In this document: positions 28,750-38,459 of the stretch, piece by piece
Position numbering within the stretch: position 1 is the first letter of the stretch
Layout: each line of letters opens with the position of its first letter
NCBI GenBank assembly: GCA_004193555.1
Contig: RPGP01000001.1
Location: 274,156 to 338,155 of the forward strand
Source: Desulfobacteraceae bacterium Eth-SRB1
GTDB lineage: Bacteria > Desulfobacterota > Desulfobacteria > Desulfobacterales > ETH-SRB1
Reading direction: 5' to 3'
DNA: 64,000 bases
Notes under the pieces: generated by a model
The model's database searches: none
Told to the model about the DNA's origin: nothing
The model's input: the letters and a program-made list of their open reading frames with translations, nothing else
Made by a program: the position numbers and the translations under genes

Positions 28750-31700
28750 ATGGCTAAGAAACGAAATAAAAGGAAAGCGACTTCTCGCAAAAATCAACCC
28801 AAAAGTCTCGTCCAATTTAAACAGAGGCTGTGGGGGCAGAAGAAATATAATCCCAAAAAAGTTTTTCGCGAAATCCATGCCTTCCGGGATTTTCAGGAGA
28901 TGAGAGTTGTTGCCAAATATGTAGAGAGCCAAAACAGTTCTTTTCATCGTTTCATATTCGGAACCCCCTTTGCTAAGTCATATCAAGATGTACGTTCTAC
29001 CCGATTCTTCGCTTTCACAGACAATTTGCAGCGGGACCTCGATTGGATGTCTCTGTCTGTAATTCGTTACGCTAAGGAAATATCGTTATTCGTTAAACAA
29101 ACTGTATCTTTTCAAAAAGCTTTCCTTTTGGGTGCCTACGAAAAGGCAAATGCCGTGCTTGAATCAATAACTGGTGAATTCGGACCCTCTCTCTGGGTGT
29201 TGGAGAAGAGTTGCCTTTTGGCAGAGTATGCTTCTGGTCTGGAAGCCAACAAGAAGTTACTGACTCAGATTGTTGGAGATGAGAAGAATGACGCGCTCTT
29301 GCGCTTTATTTCTGAATATGTAAGTCTGAGATGCGAGACCAAACTTTCAGCTGAGAATTACAATCTAAGGCTAATTCGAGTCTTAGAAGATATCGAGGGG
29401 GACTTTCCTGAGCTCAGTGTCTACATTCGCTACCGACTTGAGCATCTTAGTCTGAATCCAATACCCGTTGCAACTCTCGTTACATACTTCGAGGGTCCCT
29501 CGCCGGTCGTAGACCGCTATCTTACCTTTATTGCTATTTTACAATCTTGTGCTGTGGTTGGCGCTGAGTTTTGGGATATCGCTGCCAATGTCCTTTCTAG
29601 AGTGGATGGTCTGATCCATGATTTACGCATCGATGCCCTTCTCCAGTTCTTCACTCCAGAACGCAAACAGGAATGGAGTTCCTTGACAGCCGAGGTGTTG
29701 GATATCCTGGATAACTATACTGATGGAAACTACGAGAGTAGCGCCAAGGCGAGCACCAAGCTCCTTATTGAGAATCCAGAAGTATACGAATTATACTATG
29801 TTTACATCCGTTCACTGGAGCATATGAAAAAATCTTTCATACAGGTGTTCCCCAAGGACTCGGTAGCGGCGTCCATTCTGGAACATACCAATGTGGTCAT
29901 AAGAGGAGAGAAGTCTTGGCGTGGCAGTTCCGATGCCATTTTCAAACTCTCTTTGTCACTTTGGAGAGACCCATTGGCCTACGGACTCTATGACTTCTAT
30001 GTACAGGATGCGTTGCCATCTCCAGAAAAACGATTCCATAAATTGGCTTTGCTCAATGCCTCGAGCGTTAATCCCCGTTTCGCGATGATCTACGGAGATC
30101 CTGATAAGGCAAACAAGTTCTTAGGTCAGCTTTCACACCGAGCAGGCGAAGCCAGTACCTTATCGCTAATTAGAGGAGTAACAGTAACATCGCACAATGA
30201 CGAAAATTATAAATTTCCTCAGTCAATTCCCGAGACACGAAGACGAGTTTACAGTGCGTTAATTCACGAAGCCGCTTCACGGCCTCAACTTGCCATCTCG
30301 GTCCTTAAGCCACTGCTCACACACATAACGGAAGACAAACTGCATGGAGGCTTTCATACTCGTGATCGGGTCACCAGGGCACTGTTTCGGTGTTATCTTG
30401 ATACCAAAGAATTAGCCGAATGTACGGACATGGTCGTACGCTCCTTCCTGCAGAACGAGCTCTCGACTAGGAATCTTCCCTTGACCCTGCTGGTCGATGC
30501 AATCGATGAGACATCTCCTCCAGATGTAATGCGGAGGATCACGTACCCGATTCTGTACGCCATCGTTTACACAAAAGCCCGCGCCATTTATGTAGCATAT
30601 GACAATTTTCTTAGTAGTCTTGGGGTGTACCGGCCGTCGCAGCTCCTTGACATCGCAGATCAGTTCTGTCCAAATGAGCTGCATGAGTTCCTTTTTAGGG
30701 TCTGCACGGTTGATGTCCTCGCATGCTCATATCACTTCACCGGAACGAAGGATTTGGAAACTGAGAGAATTCGTATCTGCCAATTCTTATCTGAAAGAGA
30801 TCCGACAAACCTGAAGGCATACTCTGACGAGATTAGTATCATTACCTCCCGTTCGCTGATTAGAGAAGGCATGCGTCAGATCGACGACAGTAAGATCTAT
30901 GTCGACGAGACAGGGGTGCGAACAACAGGGCGCAGACTTCTTGAGGAGAGCTTTGCGCGCTATCGCGAATTGGCCTCCATGAGCAGCATTGACACTCTCC
31001 GGATGTTGGACACGGAATCCCTTCATCTCTATCAACTGACCGAGGATGGCAAGATCGTGAAAAAACCGATCTCAATGGCAGAACTGGAACGTACTGTTCC
31101 GGAGAAACGAGTCGTCCACAATTCACACTTTCTTCTCTTCAAAGAGTTGTTCATCGATGTGCGGAATCGATTTATATCTAGTGGTGAGCACGGGCTTGAT
31201 GGGTACCTGAGCGTTAGGATCAGACATGGCGTTCTGCAAAATCAGATTCGCAGTCCTTTCGAGGTGTTACACTTGATTTCAGAGAAAGATACGACGACGG
31301 GGGAGTACCTGTCAAATCCATACTGGGATACTAGACTCGAAGATGTTTCTGAGGAGAGTCGTTTAGTAATCCAGGGACTACTGGCTAATTTTTCACGAGA
31401 AGTGGACGAAGCAGCTCAAAAACTAAATAAGAAAATGATTCAGGTAAGGACAGAAAAGAAAAACGCGGCTGGACTCTTCGACTATGAATTCAGTACAAAA
31501 GAACTCCTTGCCATGTTCGAAGGCGAGTTTCTCAATATTAGAGATTTCGATCAGTTTCTTGATGGTGTGTTTCGGGTATTGTGGACGCGCACGCAGGAGA
31601 ATCTAGAACGTATTCGAAGGTTTATTTCGGTGGAGCTGAAGGATATAATCTATGATAGCATCAGCCAACTCGACCGAGAAATTCGCAACAGAATTGTGCC

Positions 31701-32310
31701 CCACCAAGCCGCAGAGCTCCTTCAAAACATTGCCCGTTGCCAAACCAAGTTACAGTATTCACTTGAGAGCATTGCGCAATGGTTCACAATCTCTATGTCA
31801 AGTCTTGCCCCTCAATTTAGTGTTGATGATTTGGTGAACATTTGCATTGAAAGCATCAAAAACATTTACCCGCATAAGAAAGTTCGTCCCGCCACCAAAT
31901 TTGATGGTGAGGTGATTATTGACGGGGGGTTCTTTGCTCCTTTTTTTGATATTGTGCGGACTCTTATGGACAATGCCTTAGTACATTCTGGCATTCCGCC
32001 GGAGGAAATGAATATTGTGATTGAAACCAAAGTCGCAGATGACCGTCTGATAATAAGGATAAAGAACAGCTTGGGGGAGGAAGTACGAAAGGCCGATCCT
32101 GTTGGTAGCTTAAAAGCAATCCATGCATCTGTGAAGACATCAGAAATTGCCGGAGTTGTTGCAAGTGAAGGAAGATCTGGTTTGATGAAAGTGCGAAAAA
32201 TCATGGCTATAGATTTGCAGCGCAAGAATTCCTTGCTCGACTTTGCGTATGACGAAGACGGAAAGTTCGTTGTAATGCTTAGAATGGAGATGGAGGGGCT
32301 TAGAATATGA
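28750..32310 (+). CDS. dtcA: Detocs-type sensor histidine kinase (large cytoplasmic helical sensor plus GHKL ATPase), DtcA-like
   Basis: 1186 aa with no obvious TM segment. C-terminal GHKL motifs RTLMDNALVHSG (N box) and SEGRSGLMKVRKI (G2-like). Candidate H-box SVRIRHGVLQNQIR (His826, codon 31225-31227). ATGA overlap with the next gene. Confidence 0.8.
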   Translation: MAKKRNKRKATSRKNQPKSLVQFKQRLWGQKKYNPKKVFREIHAFRDFQEMRVVAKYVESQNSSFHRFIFGTPFAKSYQDVRSTRFFAFTDNLQRDLDWMSLSVIRYAKEISLFVKQTVSFQKAFLLGAYEKANAVLESITGEFGPSLWVLEKSCLLAEYASGLEANKKLLTQIVGDEKNDALLRFISEYVSLRCETKLSAENYNLRLIRVLEDIEGDFPELSVYIRYRLEHLSLNPIPVATLVTYFEGPSPVVDRYLTFIAILQSCAVVGAEFWDIAANVLSRVDGLIHDLRIDALLQFFTPERKQEWSSLTAEVLDILDNYTDGNYESSAKASTKLLIENPEVYELYYVYIRSLEHMKKSFIQVFPKDSVAASILEHTNVVIRGEKSWRGSSDAIFKLSLSLWRDPLAYGLYDFYVQDALPSPEKRFHKLALLNASSVNPRFAMIYGDPDKANKFLGQLSHRAGEASTLSLIRGVTVTSHNDENYKFPQSIPETRRRVYSALIHEAASRPQLAISVLKPLLTHITEDKLHGGFHTRDRVTRALFRCYLDTKELAECTDMVVRSFLQNELSTRNLPLTLLVDAIDETSPPDVMRRITYPILYAIVYTKARAIYVAYDNFLSSLGVYRPSQLLDIADQFCPNELHEFLFRVCTVDVLACSYHFTGTKDLETERIRICQFLSERDPTNLKAYSDEISIITSRSLIREGMRQIDDSKIYVDETGVRTTGRRLLEESFARYRELASMSSIDTLRMLDTESLHLYQLTEDGKIVKKPISMAELERTVPEKRVVHNSHFLLFKELFIDVRNRFISSGEHGLDGYLSVRIRHGVLQNQIRSPFEVLHLISEKDTTTGEYLSNPYWDTRLEDVSEESRLVIQGLLANFSREVDEAAQKLNKKMIQVRTEKKNAAGLFDYEFSTKELLAMFEGEFLNIRDFDQFLDGVFRVLWTRTQENLERIRRFISVELKDIIYDSISQLDREIRNRIVPHQAAELLQNIARCQTKLQYSLESIAQWFTISMSSLAPQFSVDDLVNICIESIKNIYPHKKVRPATKFDGEVIIDGGFFAPFFDIVRTLMDNALVHSGIPPEEMNIVIETKVADDRLIIRIKNSLGEEVRKADPVGSLKAIHASVKTSEIAGVVASEGRSGLMKVRKIMAIDLQRKNSLLDFAYDEDGKFVVMLRMEMEGLRI

Positions 32311-32756
32311 GAATCTTGATTATCGAAGATGACAGTAACAAGATGAGACGTATTTCTAATGAGGTTCGAGAAATTCGTAAGGATGTCCAACTCACCGAGG
32401 CACGTTCATATCAGAGTGGCGTTCGTAATCTCATGTCTGGTCAATTTGACTTCTTACTTCTGGACATGAGTCTTCCAATATTTGACATCTCACCCGAAGA
32501 GGATGGGTTCCAAGTGGATCCGTTTTCAGGGCGCAACATTCTGGCAGAGATGAGCCGGAAGAACGTGCTTGTTCCCACCGCAGTCATCACGATGTTCGAG
32601 ACTTTCGGCGACGGTGCTAACTTGATGACGTTGGAGGAACTCGACAAGGACCTCGCGGAGAAGTACCCTGCGATTTATCGAGGAGCAATTTATTACAACT
32701 CGTCGGAAATCAACTGGAAGGAATCGTTAAAAAAGCTTATTGAGGAGAGTTCATGA
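32307..32756 (+). CDS. dtcB: stand-alone receiver-domain protein, DtcB-like
   Basis: 149 aa with MRILIIEDD and FLLLDMSLP (Asp53) and no output domain. It overlaps both neighbouring genes by 4 nt. Confidence 0.8.
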   Translation: MRILIIEDDSNKMRRISNEVREIRKDVQLTEARSYQSGVRNLMSGQFDFLLLDMSLPIFDISPEEDGFQVDPFSGRNILAEMSRKNVLVPTAVITMFETFGDGANLMTLEELDKDLAEKYPAIYRGAIYYNSSEINWKESLKKLIEESS

Positions 32757-33982
32757 TACAGATACTTATCCTTGACGATAACAAGGCTAAAGCAGAACGG
32801 GTTCGTGAGGTTATCGAAACAATACCCGAAATTTTGCCCGATGATGTCTTTGTTGCACAAGACCTCATCCAGGCGCGTGATGCCTGTCGGCAGCATCTTT
32901 ATGATCTGCTGGTTCTTGACCTGCGTCTGCCTAATAGAATTGGAGATACGCCCGAGGACATGGCGGGATGTGAATTTATCAAGGAACTCAACAGCAGCAC
33001 AACCCTGCTTCGGCCGTATCATATCATTGGACTTACTGCCTATGAAGATGTCCTTGAGAAGGCGGATCCGGTTTTTGAGAACGATTTGTGGCGAATTATC
33101 AAGTACGACACACGGACAAACATCTGGCGTCGTCAGCTGGCGTCAAAACTTCAGTACCTCGTGACATCCAAGAAAGCGCTCCTCAAAGCGGACTCAACTC
33201 GTCATATATACGACATGGGTGTTGTGACAGCGCTTCATGTGCCCGAGTATCAGAGCATCCTCGATCTACCTGCCGAATGGCAGGAGGTCAAGCAGCCAAA
33301 CGACCCAACTATCTATCACAAGGGACGTTTTCAGAACGGAGAAAAGCAACTGTCTGTCATAGCGGCTTGCGCGCAACAAATGGGCATGCCTGCAGCGGCT
33401 GTTCTATCGTCCAAGCTCATTGCGCAATTTCGTCCACGATACCTTGCGATGAGTGGCATTGCGGCGGCTGTCAAAGATGGCGATGCAAGGATAGGTGACA
33501 TCCTCATCGCCGATCAATCCTGGGATTACGAAAGCGGCAAGCACAAAATCGTGAAAAACAAGCAGGTTTTTGAGCCTGATCCAAGAAGTATTCCTCTACG
33601 TGTGGACGTAAAGGAGCGGTTTTTGCATCTCCATGCACAGAACTCCTTTCTCGCGGACATACAGAATGCCTGGAGGGGTGGAAAACAGGAGGGACGGTTG
33701 CAAGTACACATTGGGCCGATTGCCTCTGGCTCGGCTGTTGTGCAAGACGAGGGCATTGTTGCACATATTAAAGCACACAGCCGCAAATTGATTGGGCTTG
33801 ACATGGAAACCTACGCAGTTTTCTTCGCAGCAGAGAATAGTTCCCTTCCCCGTCCAATTCCACTGTCAATCAAGTCTGCTTGCGACTATGCTGATAAGGA
33901 AAAATCAGACGATCATCAAGCATACGCCGCATTTACAAGCGCACAGTATTTGTTTCGTTTCGCTTTAGCGTATTTAAAGTAA
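32753..33982 (+). CDS. dtcC: receiver domain fused to a PNP/UDP-type nucleoside phosphorylase (nucleosidase) effector, DtcC-like
   Basis: 409 aa. N-terminus ILILDDN...LLVLDLRLP (Asp56). C-terminus MGVVTALHVPE, LAMSGIAAAV, GDILIADQSWDYESGK, IGPIASGSAVV and LIGLDMETYAV, typical of the PNP_UDP_1 fold. Confidence 0.8.
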   Translation: MIQILILDDNKAKAERVREVIETIPEILPDDVFVAQDLIQARDACRQHLYDLLVLDLRLPNRIGDTPEDMAGCEFIKELNSSTTLLRPYHIIGLTAYEDVLEKADPVFENDLWRIIKYDTRTNIWRRQLASKLQYLVTSKKALLKADSTRHIYDMGVVTALHVPEYQSILDLPAEWQEVKQPNDPTIYHKGRFQNGEKQLSVIAACAQQMGMPAAAVLSSKLIAQFRPRYLAMSGIAAAVKDGDARIGDILIADQSWDYESGKHKIVKNKQVFEPDPRSIPLRVDVKERFLHLHAQNSFLADIQNAWRGGKQEGRLQVHIGPIASGSAVVQDEGIVAHIKAHSRKLIGLDMETYAVFFAAENSSLPRPIPLSIKSACDYADKEKSDDHQAYAAFTSAQYLFRFALAYLK

Positions 33983-33984
33983 TG

Positions 33985-34205
33985 AACTCAAGTTTCGCAC
34001 CCCCTAATTATAGCAGTATATTGTATAATTTCGAGTGGATAGACAATTGCTATGCCAAAATCAGTGCAGGAGCAATATTCGCAAAGCCTTAATTAGCGCG
34101 GGGTCTGTTTTGCATTTTGAAAAAATGTTCGTCAAAAATATTGACCCCGTTTTTCGTAAAACCCCTTAATATCTATGCATTTTTATGGGTGCGAAATTTG
34201 AGTAA
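33985..34205. repeat. about 220-bp segment bounded by 18-bp imperfect inverted repeats (MITE-like or boundary hairpin)
   Basis: aactcaagtttcgcaccc (33985-34003 region) versus gggtgcgaaatttgagta (34187-34205 region) match at 16 of 18 positions. It starts 3 nt after the dtcC stop. Confidence 0.6.
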
Positions 34206-34900
34206 TGAAGATACCCAATGATGGGGGAAGACACAGGGGAATATAGGATATCCGTTAAGTCCCTCAGCCTCCTGTCCATCCTTGACTCTGTATTTTAATG
34301 CCGGGGCATTCTTTAATTACTTCTTCCGTATTATTTTTAAAATGCTCCCAGAAAGGAAATGTTCTGCACTGCGAGAGGCTCGGTCACATCTTGATTAGCA
34401 CATTAGTGGAAGTAGAACGCCCTCTCGAAACCTGAAAAGTAAAGGATGTCCCAAAATACAGGTTTGAAATTCCAATCTTCAGGAGCTTTCAGAAAACGTC
34501 ATAAACACGATCTCAACCTTTAACTAAATTGAGTTTTTTGCTCAACTTAGGTTTAAGGCACAAGAATTTCAAAAACAATACGGCAAGGAGACCGTCAACT
34601 TCTGGAAACACATAGAACACACTGAGGGCACTTGTACTTTTAATGACAATCTCTAATATTAATTTTGAGACGAACGGCGAAAAAGCCATGTAGCCGCTAT
34701 GTTTGATGGTATTAAAATTTTGCAGGTTTTCGCTATAACCATATAATTTTTTTAAAGATAATTAGATTTTGTTGTATTGAAGGGGAACTTGGTGTATCAA
34801 GTGATTTAAGTAAGATCGTCACGAAAAAAGATTTCCGTTTAATAATTAATGTTAGAATTCTACAGTGTATTTGACGCTTTAGTTCTTAGAAGAAAATGAT

Positions 34901-35950
34901 ATGAAGAATAACGTATTAAAAGACCTCTATTTGTACGATGAACTGGAAGCTGCGGCGAAACTCATCGAACTCGGATTTGGTGAATTCCAAAACTTAGACA
35001 TGGGAAATGACTTTTATTATCTCCCCTTCCAGTTACTATCAAGTGGATTTGAACGGTTAATGAAGTGTCATATCTGTCTCGGTTATCATGAAATACACAA
35101 TACGTACCCTGACAGCAAATACTTAAAAAGTTGTGGGGGGAAAGGTGGGCATGATCTCCTGAAATTAAAACAGGCCATTCTCTCCTCCTATTTTTCAACG
35201 CATAATATTCCGGTATTACACGAAGATCTTGATTTGCTTACGAACGATAAAGATTTAGGACAGCTGATCTATCTCTTGTCAGAATTTGGAAAATACGCAA
35301 GATACCATAATCTCGACATTGTGACATCTGCCGCAAAACCAAGTATTAATGTCAAAATGCTTTGGGAAGAGTATGAAAACGATATCGTGACATCAAGTCC
35401 AAAACTTTTACAGAAGTTAGGCGATCTTAATACAGGGGAAGAAGTCTTAGACCATACAAAACGCCAAATTATCATCAAGTTAGAAAAATTCGCCAGAGCG
35501 ATTTGTCGACAGTACACAATGGGCCGGTTAGGGGAAAAAGCACTACAGTTCTCTGGTCTTCTGCACACGTTTATCCTTCTGAAAAATGAGGAACTTGGGA
35601 ATCGAAATTATCGGAAAGAAACAACTCGATATAAAGAAAAGGAACGAAAAGTACATGCACGTACACTTTTTGATGAGTTTCAAAGAAAAACAAATAAACG
35701 CTATCGTCATGCCGTGATCAAAAAGGAAGAATTCGATGGTGATTGGCCATTCTATCATAACGAGGTGATTATCGAATGTCGGGAGAAGCACTGGTGTATT
35801 GTGACAGTTGACAATAAAGATTATGCATTAAATGGGAGTGCTCAAGGCCGATATAAGCTCGAAGGGATTTATGATGCAGGAATGGCAATAGTAGGAAAGT
35901 CAATTGGCCTATTTATTGAAATGGCTTTGAAGTTGGGAGAGGATATGTAA
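34901..35950 (+). CDS. hypothetical protein (349 aa), orphan gene between two defence operons
   Basis: Clean ORF with no family recognised. It contains the R-x4-H string ERLMKCH and GGHDLLKLK. Confidence 0.5.
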   Translation: MKNNVLKDLYLYDELEAAAKLIELGFGEFQNLDMGNDFYYLPFQLLSSGFERLMKCHICLGYHEIHNTYPDSKYLKSCGGKGGHDLLKLKQAILSSYFSTHNIPVLHEDLDLLTNDKDLGQLIYLLSEFGKYARYHNLDIVTSAAKPSINVKMLWEEYENDIVTSSPKLLQKLGDLNTGEEVLDHTKRQIIIKLEKFARAICRQYTMGRLGEKALQFSGLLHTFILLKNEELGNRNYRKETTRYKEKERKVHARTLFDEFQRKTNKRYRHAVIKKEEFDGDWPFYHNEVIIECREKHWCIVTVDNKDYALNGSAQGRYKLEGIYDAGMAIVGKSIGLFIEMALKLGEDM

Positions 35951-36149
35951 GCCAGAACATCGGAGAATTCTAACCTTGGCATGAAGATGGATGGGCTATA
36001 ATCCTGCGGCTTTGATATAAGCTTGCCTTTTTCCACCGGCCGTGGTTCTCCGCCTGCTACTTATGCCTGTTATATTTTTTTAACGCTCACATGCACTGAA
36101 TAAAATTTATTGGCAGATATAGAAGAGAAGGAACTAAAAAGGCGAGTAG

Positions 36150-38459
36150 ATGAAACTGACGGATAATGAGATAAGAGATATTAATCGCTATCTCGAGAAA
36201 GGCAAACCGCTGCCGGAAAAGTACCGTTTTTTGTTGTTTGAGGATAAGCGGGAGGTGGAGCTGGTTTGGAATGGGAAGACCAGTGAGGTTTGCAATGTGG
36301 TGCTGCCGTTTCAGGTGATTGAGCAGGTTGATGAGCCGCGCGAGGAGAAAGCCGTTAAATTGCAAATGGACCTTTTTGACATGAAAACAGGCCGGCAGAT
36401 CAAGGGCTGGAATAACAAACTGATCTGGAGCGATAATAAGCTGATTTTATCCTCGCTGAAAAACGGGCCGCTTAGAGAAGAAATCGAAGCCCAGGGCGGC
36501 ATCAAGCTGATCTATATTGATCCGCCGTTTGATGTGGGTGCGGATTTTTCGATGGACATCGAGATTGGCGGCGAAACCCTGACCAAAAAGCCGGGTATTC
36601 TGGAAGAGCTGGCCTATCGCGACACCTGGGGCAAGGGTGCGGATTCCTTTATCGCCATGATCTATGAACGGTTGATTCTGATGCGTGATCTGCTGGCAGA
36701 GGATGGCAGTATTTATGTGCATTGTGATTGGCGGGTGAACAGCCTATTAAGACTGGTTTTAGATGAAATATTCGGTTCACAGTTTGCAGTGAACGAAATC
36801 GTCTGGAAACGAACAAACGTGCACAGTCATGCTGCTCAAGGCACTAAACATTTCGCTCGAATTCAAGACACGATTTTTATTTTCACTAAAAGTGAGTCCC
36901 AGATATGGAGTCAACTTTACCGGGAACATTCAAAAGAACATATTGATAGCTCATACAAAAACATTGAAGAAGATACAGGAAGACGCTACTCAGTGGGAGA
37001 TCTGACTGTTACTGGTGGTGGGCCGAAGGGCAACCCGCGTTTCGAGTTTTTAGGAGTTACTAGGTATTGGCGGTACAACAAAGAAAAAATGGAACGGCTT
37101 TACGCAGAAGGGCGGATCGTACAAAAGAATCTTGGCTCGGTACCTCGACAGAAAAGGTACTTAGATGAAAGCCCAGGAGTCGAAGTCAGTTCTTTGTGGA
37201 CTGATATAAATCCAATTTCATCTCAATCAAATGAACGCGTTAGTTACCCTACCCAAAAACCCGAAGCCTTACTCGAACGTATCATCAAAGCCTCCTCCAA
37301 CGAAGGCGACATAGTTGCCGATTTTTTTTGCGGCTCTGGCACCACTCTTGCAGTTGCCGAAAAACTGAACCGCAAATGGATCGGCTCCGACCTTGGCAAG
37401 TTTGCCATCCACACCACCCGCAAGCGCATGATCGGCGTTCAGCGGCAGCTCAAAAAAGAGGACAAAGGCTGGCGCGCCTTTGAAATTCTTAATTTAGGGA
37501 AATATGAACGCCAGCATTATATCGGAGTCAACCCCAATCTCAGGGAACAGGAAAAGCAGAAACAACTGGAAGCCAAAGAAAAAGATTTTCTCAATCTCAT
37601 CCTTCACGCCTACCGCGCAGAAGCAGTCAGCCAGTTTAAAACCTTTCAGGGTAAAAAGAGTGGTCGGCTGGTGGCGGTGGGGCCGGTGAATTTGCCCGTC
37701 ACCCGTCTGTTTGTGGAAGAAATCATTCTGGAATGTCGCCAGAAGCATATCACCCGGGTGGATATTCTCGGCTTTGAGTTCGAGATGGGGCTGTTTCCCA
37801 ACATTTTAGACGAAGCCAAAACCAAGGGGATCGATCTGGCAATGAAATACATTCCACGGGATGTGTTTGACAAGCGGGCGGTGGAGAAAAATCAGGTGGT
37901 GTTTCATGATGTTTCGTTTATTGAAGTTAAACCGCATTTTGGCAAAGGTAAAAACAAACACAGCATTGCCGTGGAATTAACCGATTTTTCCGTCTTTTAT
38001 TCACAGGATGCCAAGGGGGCTGATGAAAGCCTGAAAAAAAGCAAGAGCAAGGTAATCGTGGACAAGGGACAGGTGGTCAAGATAAGCAAAGACAAAAAGG
38101 GCGTTGTCAGCCGCGAGGTGTTGACGCAGAATTGGACTGACTGGATAGACTACTGGGCCGTGGATTTTGACTTTGAATCCAAGCGGGAGATTGTGCGAGT
38201 AAAAAGAGAGCCCGATGCGCAGATACATCTTGACGGCAGCGCAGATCCGGTTCAACTGAAGTTAGGTGATTATGAAGAAGTATGGACAGGCGATTATGTA
38301 TTTGAAAACGAGTGGCAGTCGTTCCGCACCAAAAAAGACCGGTCGATTGAGCTGAAAAGCGTGTTCAGGGAATACCCGCCCGGGCGGCGCAAGATTGCGG
38401 TAAAGGTGGTGGATATTTTTGGTAACGACACCATGAAGATAGTTGAGGTAACGATATGA
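36150..38459 (+). CDS. mod: Type III-like DNA methyltransferase (beta-class N6A/N4C) with a long C-terminal extension
   Basis: 769 aa. EKYRFLLFEDKREVELVWNGK N-terminus, motif IV IYIDPPFDVG, motif I DFFCGSGTTLAVAEKLNRKWIGSDL, and about 330 further aa with no recognised domain. Confidence 0.85.
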   Translation: MKLTDNEIRDINRYLEKGKPLPEKYRFLLFEDKREVELVWNGKTSEVCNVVLPFQVIEQVDEPREEKAVKLQMDLFDMKTGRQIKGWNNKLIWSDNKLILSSLKNGPLREEIEAQGGIKLIYIDPPFDVGADFSMDIEIGGETLTKKPGILEELAYRDTWGKGADSFIAMIYERLILMRDLLAEDGSIYVHCDWRVNSLLRLVLDEIFGSQFAVNEIVWKRTNVHSHAAQGTKHFARIQDTIFIFTKSESQIWSQLYREHSKEHIDSSYKNIEEDTGRRYSVGDLTVTGGGPKGNPRFEFLGVTRYWRYNKEKMERLYAEGRIVQKNLGSVPRQKRYLDESPGVEVSSLWTDINPISSQSNERVSYPTQKPEALLERIIKASSNEGDIVADFFCGSGTTLAVAEKLNRKWIGSDLGKFAIHTTRKRMIGVQRQLKKEDKGWRAFEILNLGKYERQHYIGVNPNLREQEKQKQLEAKEKDFLNLILHAYRAEAVSQFKTFQGKKSGRLVAVGPVNLPVTRLFVEEIILECRQKHITRVDILGFEFEMGLFPNILDEAKTKGIDLAMKYIPRDVFDKRAVEKNQVVFHDVSFIEVKPHFGKGKNKHSIAVELTDFSVFYSQDAKGADESLKKSKSKVIVDKGQVVKISKDKKGVVSREVLTQNWTDWIDYWAVDFDFESKREIVRVKREPDAQIHLDGSADPVQLKLGDYEEVWTGDYVFENEWQSFRTKKDRSIELKSVFREYPPGRRKIAVKVVDIFGNDTMKIVEVTI

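Noticed and set aside
28588-28947. 119-aa reverse-strand ORF overlapping the dtcA start and repeat copy 2
   Set aside because: It is antisense to a strongly supported long ORF and runs into the AT-rich repeat, so it is probably spurious.
32307-32756. Reading the stand-alone receiver as an ordinary CheY-type chemotaxis or signalling protein
   Set aside because: It is translationally coupled on both sides to the kinase and the receiver-PNP gene. No che genes or DNA-binding response regulator are nearby, so the three-gene context fits the Detocs buffer role better.
32772-33804. Alternate-frame ORFs inside dtcC (32772-33164, 33088-33498, 33504-33764, 33526-33804)
   Set aside because: They overlap a frame with clear receiver and PNP motifs, and their own translations are Arg/Cys/Ser-rich nonsense.
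34206-34900. Possible degraded transposase fragments in the 0.7-kb non-coding gap after the Detocs block
   Set aside because: Only short open stretches exist (e.g. CRTFPFWEHFKNNTEEVIKECPG on the reverse strand), and none matched a family I recognise.
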